This document shows, in pieces, positions 54,451 through 64,000 of a stretch of DNA of 64,000 nt. Under the pieces are notes generated by a model, which had not been told where the DNA came from, ran no database searches, and worked only from the letters and a program-made list of their open reading frames with translations. The stretch's first letter is position 1; every line of letters starts with the position of its first letter. The stretch is from Octopus vulgaris (taxonomy: Eukaryota). The position numbers and the translations under genes are program-made. The stretch lies in contig OX597816.1 in assembly GCA_951406725.2 (NCBI GenBank), positions 154,566,001 through 154,630,000 of the forward strand. The letters are read 5' to 3'.

Positions 54451-56876
54451 GAACTGGTACTGAATTCAAATTGGTCCCAAGTTGTTACCTCCCCCACAAG
54501 GGGTAACAACACTTTGGATCTGCTACTTACCGCTTCTCCCGAAACAATCATTAGTGTCACTACTGAAGAACCTTTAGGTGACTCTGATCATTCCATGATC
54601 ATGGCCGACTTGTCTCTGATTGGTTGTAACAAAAAACACAACCATCTTCAGACTGCCCGCTTTGACTGGAATAAAGCAGACTGGAGCTCTTATTGTACTG
54701 AGCTGCAACGCCCAAACTGGCTCGAATTTTATGCCTCTGGAGATGTGGACACTATACTCCAGAACATTCTGAATTCAATATGGGCAGCATGTGCAGCATC
54801 AGTACCACGCAAGCACAAAAAACCACCCAATAGTGCAATTTGGGAGACTGCAGCAGTCCGACTTGCCAGGAAAGAACGCCGTAATGCTGAACAGGAATAC
54901 AAATTGCACAAATCAGAGAGCAACAGGAAAAAGCGCAATAGGTCAGCCAACCACCTCAAGCAGGTGACAAAAAGGAAGTGCTTGAATTTGAACAACGCAT
55001 TGCAGCTAACCCTGACAGCAAAGTGTTCTGGAAGTATGTGCACTCAAAGCAGAGACCCCACTCTCCAATTGGTCCCCTTCGCAATCCCCACACAGGACAG
55101 ATTACTGGCAATCCCGAAGAATGTGCAGAAATCATTGCTGGATGCTATGCCGGCATCTTTACTGTCGAAGACCAAAATGTTCCATCTTCATCACCACTGA
55201 CATCGGACTCCATATCTACTATGCAATTTACAACAGCAATGCTACAACGCCACCTTAAGAATAAACGCAACTATGCCTCTCCTGGTCTCGATGGTGTTAC
55301 ATACTTCTCAAACGCGGTGGGTACTTTCTTCTAAGCCAACTTTCTCTATTCTTCCAATTCTGTCTTGACAATGGTGTTACTCCAGAACAGTGGAAAACTG
55401 CCAGTGTTATCCCTCTGTTCAAAAAAGGCGACCGCACATCGCCTGTCAACTATCGCCAAACTGATGGAATCCCGTATCAGAGAAACCCTCTGGAACTTCT
55501 GGAAGTCTCACAGCCTCATCCAGCCGTCACAATTCGGATTTATTCCTAACTCCAGCTGCTGTAATCAACTCATCGAGTTTCTTGAGGATGTTACCCAAAT
55601 CACTGATCGCGGATCCTGGGTGAATGTTGTTTACCTGGACTTTGCTAAGGCTTTTAACTCTGTGCCACACAAAAGACTTATGGTGAAGCTTTCTGCGTTG
55701 GGCGTAAGAGACGAACTCTATAACTGGTTGAAGTCCTTTATTTTTGGCCGAAAAGAGGTTGTCACAGTTCTAGGACAGCACTCTTCGCCCTATGAGATGA
55801 CATCTGGTGTACCACAGGGATCTGTTCTTGGCCCCCTTTTATTTGTTGCATATGTTAATGACATAGATGCCAACTTAAAGAATGCCACAGTGCTGAAATA
55901 TGCAGATGACATCAAGCTGTACCTCGAAATAAAGAGGTCAGATCCTGTACACTATAGATCTCTATTGCAAGCAGACCTGGACACAATGCAGCAGTGGATC
56001 ATGGACTGGCAACCCAAGCTGGCTGTGGACAAATGTACCACCATGCATTTTGGGAAGAGAAACCCAGCGTCCACCTACTCCCTCCACAACACTAGTCTCA
56101 AAAAGTCTTCATGTGAACGTGACCTGGGTGTTATTGTCGACAGTGATTTGCGTTGGACAAAACACATCGCTAAAATTGTCAAGAAGGCTGAGGGTGTCTT
56201 GGCATCACTCACCAAATCCTTTGTGAGCCGCTCTCTGACTATCTATCTGCGGCTTTATATAGCTATGGTAAGACCTCACCTGGAATTTGCATCACCGGTC
56301 TGGAACCCCTATCTTGCCCAGGATATCAATCGTCTGGAAGCCGTTCAGCGACGTGCAACAAAAAGAATACCCTCCATCAGGCATTTGCCATATTCTGAAC
56401 GCCTTACTTCCCTGGGCATGGACACATTGAAACTCCGACGTCTGGCAGCTGACTTGGCAGACACCCATAAAATTATCAACCATCGTATAAACAATAACTC
56501 TGAGCACCTTTTCAAACTCCACCCATCTAACACCCGTGGACATATTTACAAAGTCAGAAAACAGAACAGCTCCCATGACTTCAGGAAACATTTTTTCACG
56601 CTGAGAGTTGCTGAAGCATGGAACAAACTGCCGGCATCAGTTGTTAGTTGTCGGAGCACTGCATCCTTCAAAACTTCCATGCTTTCTGAGATTCGCCAAC
56701 ACTACACCTGATTTTCTCAAAACTTCCATGCTTTCTGAGATTCGCCAACACTACACTTGATTTTATCCCCTCCTTACACGCACAAGCATGTATCTGATTC
56801 ACTTTCCAGACATTTGTACATTTACTGCATATACTCTGACAAGTTGTGGTGCACCTGAGCACTGTATACAATAATT

Positions 56877-56911
<35 letters not shown>

Positions 56912-56935
56912 GTTATTATTATTATTATTATTATG

Positions 56936-56982
<47 letters not shown>

Positions 56983-57034
56983 GATTATGATTATTATTAT
57001 TATGATTATTATTATTATTATTATTATTATTATG

Positions 57035-57078
<44 letters not shown>

Positions 57079-57080
57079 CA

Positions 57081-57144
<64 letters not shown>

Positions 57145-57187
57145 GATTATTATTATTATTATTATGATTATTATTATTATTATTATG

Positions 57188-57237
<50 letters not shown>

Positions 57238-57289
57238 GATTATTATTATTATTATTATGATTATTATGATTATTATTATTATTATTATG

Positions 57290-57372
<83 letters not shown>
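54451..57372 (+). mobile_element. 5'-truncated CR1-clade LINE (endonuclease end plus RT) with a long (ATT)n tail
   Basis: PTRGNNTLDLLL and GDSDH (APE end); YLDFAKAFNSVPH, SGVPQGSVLGPLLF and YADD (RT). About three frameshifts, stop at 56711, tail 56878-57372. Confidence 0.95.
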
Positions 57373-59148
57373 CTTCTTTAATTTTACTGACCGAATCAAT
57401 CTAATTTTGTCCAGTTTCGACCTTTTATATATTGTGTGTATATATTTTCTATTCCTGAGCGCTATACTAATACATTTGTTTGTTTGTACACCACCTGCCT
57501 TCGTCTTTTGTTTATTTTCGTAAACTTTGCCTTTATATATATGTGTATATATATATATATATATATGTAAAGGAGAAATTTTGTGTGTACATTCAGAGTT
57601 AAATTGTTGGTGTAATCATGATGTTCTGGTGATCTAATGGGCTAGCTTTCTTCATTTGCGTTAGTTTGTGAATATATAATTGCATTGTATAATGTTGAAT
57701 ATGCACATTAATGCAAACATGTACACATAATTTCCTCTATACTGAAATTAATATTACATGAAGAGGGTTGCAAAACGGACGTAATCATATGGAAGTTACG
57801 TGGTTAAATAAATATATATTCGTCTCTCAAACCGCCTGATTTTATGGTTATACACACACACTCACACGCATATAGATATGCATCTATCCATACATACACG
57901 TGGATAGATAGACAGATAGCTAAGTAGCAAGCCCCCACCATACAACACACACATTACACATTCGCCTCATGGGCATATTTCATTGGGGTTTTTAGCCCCT
58001 TCCCTACTTAATATTAATCATATGATCGATAATTATTTAATAAATATTTATATTAAATTCTTATCTAATTTTTGCTTCTTGAAACCATTCAAATTCAATG
58101 AGTAAGAATTTGTTTGAGTAATGTACTCAATTATATTGAACTTAGCTTAAACAGTTTTTGTAATCTTCGCTTTTCACGCCAAAACGGCTGCGCGAATTGC
58201 CTCCATACTTGGCATGCGTAAATGATTTTATTCCGGAAAAATGATAGGGTATTCAGTTTATTTTTTTCGTAAAAATTAATAATATTGCTTTATATATATG
58301 ATTCACTTCTTTCAAAAGGTTTTCAATATCAACTTCTGGTATGGACGTAGCAATGGAGAATTGTTCCGTTTTCATTTGCAAATTCTCTCACTTTCTCTTT
58401 GAATGTTTTCACTTCAAGCTTTAATTCCCTATTTCCAAACAACTATGGTAAATTACTGAAAGAAGTAACATCCTTAGGAGGAGCCTTTTCGGTAATAAAA
58501 AAATAAATAAAGTAATTGTAAATATTTTCAGAAGTAAAGGAGTACGATTCAAAGGAGATTTGGCTGTTGTTTCTAGAACATCCCAAACCACCTCCATTTT
58601 CATGCTCGCATGTATTTTTTGAAAAGCATCAATTCATTACGGAGATGCACTTGCATAGCAAGTGACTTGATCTGAGATCGTGTGCTGAAACAAAAACAAT
58701 TGCAGCGTGGAAGATATTTATAAGTCTTTTAACAACACACAGAAATCGTTAGTTTCACTTCAGTTAAATTTCATTTGTATTAAAATATTTTCATTGTTTT
58801 GAAACCGCGACCTGTTCACTAATAAAACTTGGCGAAGTTTTGTCAGTGACAAATATCTTCAACGCTGCAATTACCATCAATACATTCGACAGTAAGATAA
58901 GAAAAGATGATCGTAATCTATGCCGTTTAAAAGGTATTTTTATAAAATTTCATCAAAAGCTCTCCATTTTCCTGAAAGTTACGAGAGAAAATCGTCGGAT
59001 CGTGTGAATTCTCCGAAACTCCTCTCCCCACCCTCTCGGAAAATTTCTCTCCCATAAATCTCTACATACTCTGCATCCACAGCATCTAAGCGGTATTTGT
59101 TGAAAATTTCATTAGCAAGTATACATTTTTCTGGAAGTTATGCAGCTA

Positions 59149-59247
<99 letters not shown>

Positions 59248-61774
59248 AGCTAGCTAGCTAGCTGTGTTAAGGTTACGAGTTTATAACCCGAATGAAACCG
59301 GGTCCTTCTGCTTGTTATCTATAAGTGCAATTAAGTGACATCTTGAATAAAAATGAAGGCAGCGATAATCAGTATATTATTTGATAAAGAAGTTCATTTC
59401 AAATTTATTGTTCAGTCATTATGTGCATACACACGTACACACACATACATACGCGCAAAATATATGAAAATATATTTGATTGATTGAAATATTAAAATTA
59501 TAATAATTCATTGAACAAATTTCATTTTTATGTTTCTATATTCATAGTCAACAAAAGTACAAGTTATGTTTTTGTGCATACTCTTGAATTTAAACGGAAA
59601 ATGCAGGAATAAACGCAGTTGGAGATTAAAATTCATTATTGAAATCAGGGGCGGCTTCAAATATTCAAAACTTATATACCCGGTGTTTTTTCAGAGCAGG
59701 CGTTCTTTTATTTCAATGCATTAATCTTCCTGGCGCTTTTTCGAGCCAACCTTTAATTCCGTATTGGGAAGTTTCGCCCCTAGATAGTTTCGCTATAATA
59801 TTTAGTTATTTATGTGTGTCTGTATGTATAAATATGTAGATATTTCTATAATAAATGAATTTACTTTGCTTATTTATTCATTGTATATATCTAAATTTGT
59901 ATAAACTAAGTATTGATTCTTCATATTTTAAAAACTTATTCATATTTCTAAAATTTATTCATATTTCTAAAAACTTTCTTGGAGAAATTCCCAGCTTGTT
60001 GGGTTCGCTTCGCTTACCATCCCCACACCCTGTGGAGGGGGGGGGGGTTGGCGTTTAAAATTTGATTCGCTTAGGCATCAGTTACTCTAGGGCCGGCTCT
60101 GTATGTGTGTGTATTCGCGCGCGCGTATTGCATGTGTACATGTAGTCTTAATACTGAAGATGGTGACGGTAGCAGCGTTGGGAAGCCTTGTTTCATAGAG
60201 TCGAAGAGGAGGTCGTTAGTATCTGGTTCGACGGATCTATAATACCGTCTGGCGAGAAAACGATAGAGCATTAGAAAACAAACTCCTTTTCATGAGAAGG
60301 AAAGAAGCTGAGAAATCTTATTTAACGCTGTTATGTGGGAACAGGTCGTTAGCAGACATATACACCTATGAGATGGCAAGAATTTTATATAACCCGACTA
60401 AAATCATTCAGGTTTTCTTAGTAATTTTCATGCTAGAAGAAAGACACTTCCTTTGAAGTTTGTCGACGTCATTCTTGTTTACTGCTGAATGCCATTGGCT
60501 GCAATATTAGTCTGCAGGCGTGTTGATCAACTGCGTAGAAGTTCTATTGCTAGCTGTGCTAGGTATGACCAAAAATGGTAATAATTACAAATCGTGGATT
60601 CAATGAGACAGAGGTGTGAAATTGAATCCAGCAAGTGATCTACTACAGAACCTACACATAAACAAACACACATACACATGCCCACGCACGCACATTTCAT
60701 GCACATATACACGCACTTGCAAGTATACACATATACACACACGCAGGTATACACATACATGTACTGAAGGTCAAGAGACCCTAATGTTACAACTGTGGTC
60801 ACGCGAACCACTTGAGAGTTTTCTACTTCTTGGAGAAGGAGATGATTGTCTGACCCCGTGCGTCCAGCACCTTAACACAAAAATAGCAGTTGTAGCAACT
60901 CCAAACATACTGTGAATGACCGACCGACCACACTGACACTACCCCGCCCATAAACATTAGACGAACAACCTACGCACCAAAACTGGACAAAAACAACACA
61001 AAAAAAAAATTACACAAACACGAATCATATTTTCTTTACTACCCACAAGGGGCTGCACAAACACGTATCATATCGATGCACATACATATGTAGTCATAAA
61101 GCTATTCTTCTCCATCTACGACCGATAAGGTTTTGCAAAATATCAGGCGAGGGAGAAAAGAAGAGAAAAGAAATCGAAAGATAACATTGCTTGCTGAAGG
61201 CTCTGATGAACTATCGATAAACTCACCATCAAAAAACAACAACACAAGCAAGAACTAAACCCATAAGTGCAAAACTAAAACTAAGAAACAGGGAGATAAG
61301 CTTGTATATCAACAATAGCAAAAACAGATCAATATTAAAAAACATAAAGAATAAAAGCTTTACCTGCAACCACGAAATACACAAACTCTATAACCTTAAA
61401 AAACATCTAGAGAAGTCACGAACACAAGACCAAAATAGTAGTAGCAACAACAATCACTAAAAAACACAAACAAAAAACAAAACACTTTTCCGCTTTAGAG
61501 TTATTTGTTGAAGAAGATAAGACAATACAACAGAAGGACTTTGAAGAATCAGTTTTTAAGACACTCGTAGACTTAGGTAAAAGCAAACAGCTGTCATCAG
61601 TGTTAAAAAGTACGTCTCCGAAATCATGATAGCGATTCCGCTCAGTTACTTGAATACCGGCAAATGGCTGTTGCTAACGACAAAGACATTTTTTTGCTAA
61701 TAATTCCTTCACCCTGTTTATATATATCAGTTCTCTAAATATTGCAATTAAATTTATACTCAAAGTTTAATTAT

Positions 61775-62151
61775 AGTTCTCATGGTTCCGGGTTCATTTC
61801 CACTGCGTGGCATCTTGGACAACTATCTTCTGCTATAGCCCCCGGCCGACCAATGCCTTGTGAGTGGATTTGGTAGACGGAAACTGAAAGAAGCCTGTCG
61901 TATATATGTATATATATATATATGTATGTGTGTGTGTTTGTGTGTCTGGGTTTGTCCCCCTAGCATTGCTTGACAACCGATGCTGGTGTGTTTATGTCCC
62001 CGTTACTTAGCGGTTCGGCAAAAGAGACCGATAGAATAAGTACTGGGCTTACAAAAAAAGGAATAAGTCCCGGGGTCGAGTTGCTCGATTAAAGGCGATA
62101 GTCCAGCATGGCCGCAGTCAAATGACTGAAACAAGTAAAAGAGTAAAGAGT
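61775..62151 (+). mobile_element. SINE family A copy (young, CpG-retaining)
   Basis: Matches the other family A copies. Confidence 0.78.
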
Positions 62152-63045
62152 ATATATGCAAATGCAACTGTATTATATTATTTTAATCTATAATATTGAA
62201 TACTTTACTATTAATATACGATTGTTTATTTCATAGTAAAATATTAATTTACTTCTCCATATTTGAAATCAAGTGATTTCAAATATGATCCAAGTAAGGG
62301 CGTGTGTGTGTGTATGCATGTATGTGTGCGTGCGTGCTTGTGTGTGTGTGTGTGAAAGAGACACTGTCTTCTGTCTCATGAAATTACGAAGTTGCATCTC
62401 GAAGCCTCGAAAGCTGATCTAAACATATTTTTTCTATTCCCCCCTCCCCCCTCTTCACACCGTCATTGTCCGATACAGCTTTGCACCAGTGACGTTATAG
62501 AGATATACTTACATACATATACACCTCAAGTGAGAATTACCGTGAGATATGGAAATTTTCCGAGATAGAGTGGACAAGAAACTTTGGAGAGGCTTTTCAG
62601 GCAACTCGTTCATACTAAGAAGATCTATTCTTTGAGATGAAAATCAGTGACCCATTTCTATTTTTTTTTGTCCAACATGACCGTAGAAAGAGTTTGTTCT
62701 ATAAATACACATGGTCTGGTATTTCCCAGGAAGAAAACTATTTGCATGACGATCTCTGGTGACTGGATTTGGGTTAGGGCTACGGTTAGCGAGATCAGAA
62801 GTTTCCACATTAAGTCACTTGCATTTCTTTTGGACGACTACAAGGTGCATCAGCTGATCTTATAATGAAGAATGGCAGTGTAGATTTGGATAGGTCTGGA
62901 TCTCAAGGTACGAACGATCTTTAAGAACCCAAATGGTAATTCAGTGGTGCTCGATTGGAACAGTAGCAAAGCTAGTATATTGGCTGGAGCAGGGGAGTCG
63001 GACTTATTCAGGCGTTTAGGGATATTTTTGGGAACGTTCCGATTA

Positions 63046-64000
63046 CACTTACTACAAATTTCAGGGTCAAGAAAAAAAAAACCCAGTTTTCATGTACATT
63101 TTATTATGAAGTTGACTGTGCTAAATTCGAATTTTATAACAAAAATTTCCCAAAACGTCACATTTTCTTGTAATTTCCCCGATGCCATAAATTTATTTTG
63201 CTCCCAAAATCAGATTAAATATGTCCATTGTAATTAATTCATAAATATATAATGAATTGGCATGTTTGTTAGCATTATATAATGTATTAACCTACATTTT
63301 AGTATTTACTTCTTCGTTTATAAAACGTCTCAGATGTGTCACGCTTCAGGTCCCAGCAGAGGTCAGCCAGCATAGCTGGGCTTCATTTCCCCTTATACCT
63401 GTTTACAATTGACGCTATATCTTAGTGGAAATTCTCTCCATATTCATCACTCATATCTCCTACATTCCCTGGGAAGAAGGACAGATGAGAATGAAGAAAG
63501 TGTATCTTCAGTGACATTGCATCCGAAATCTTGGTCGCACTTCATTAAGCTCTCCACTATACCCTCTCGCTGGGCCACTTGGTGCTTTCCCAGAAGTCCT
63601 TTGCATACGTCTCTGAATGCATGCCAGACCGCTACATCAGTTTGATCCATTGTCGTCTCGAAGTCCTCATCAACTATAAGTTGACGAATCTGAGGGCCTA
63701 CGAATATGCCCTCTTTAATCTTGGCATCATTTATTTTTGGGAAGATCGCCTTGAGGTACTGGAAACATAGCTTGTTATGTTGTAGTGCTTTGGTAAATTG
63801 ATTCATTAGTCCAAGTCTTATATGCAGTGGTGGCAAAATGATTTTCTCTAGTTGCTCATGATTTACATTATAGCATCCAGACATCATAGTTTCCCGAGGT
63901 GGCCATTCTGAGTGTACACAATGTTTTGATCTGGCCCTGCTGTACTACTTGCAAAGGAAGCACATTAACTTGATGTATCCAGTTTGTAGTCCATTAAGTA
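63046..64000 (-). mobile_element. Degraded DNA transposon, probably Chapaev3 (CMC) transposase; runs off the window end
   Basis: GLQTGYIKLMCFLC, IILPPLHIRLGLMNQFTKAL, AKIKEGIFVGPQIR, HSHLSFFP.N.G..SDE.GE.FH, MLADLCW.L.RD with stops and frameshifts. Possible CAC terminus at 63046. The family name is from recalled motifs. Confidence 0.75.

Noticed and set aside
56668-57523. Poly-Ile ORFs on both strands
   Set aside because: Translation of the (ATT)n LINE tail.
60900-61630. A/C-rich stretch resembling a LINE 5' region or ORF1
   Set aside because: No recognisable motif or sustained frame, so it cannot be supported without a search.

Overview
This is AT-rich, repeat-dense eukaryotic DNA, most likely from an Octopus genome (inferred from recurrent SINE families and very long (TA)n/(TATG)n tracts). 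The first ~37 kb holds the last five coding exons of a + strand inositol-tetrakisphosphate 1-kinase gene (ITPK1): 1297-1340, 13089-13248, 15368-15435, 26037-26205 and 31927-32489. All have GT-AG junctions and consistent phases. A long 3' UTR probably runs to ~37.3 kb. The first intron carries a ~4.2 kb (TA)n tract, a ~519 bp satellite and a ~1.4 kb duplication that looks chimeric and may be an assembly error. The rest is intergenic: LINE relics (CR1, RTE, R4/Dong), DNA-transposon relics (mariner, Tc1, Chapaev3), many MITEs and SINEs, and a minimal hammerhead ribozyme at 49646-49683. The least explained feature is a 158 bp GC-balanced non-coding sequence present twice (43088-43245 and 47434-47591, 5 substitutions). 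One copy directly abuts a perfect 16 bp hairpin, and each sits in a high-complexity island unlike the surrounding DNA. Most long ORFs in the supplied track are microsatellite artefacts.
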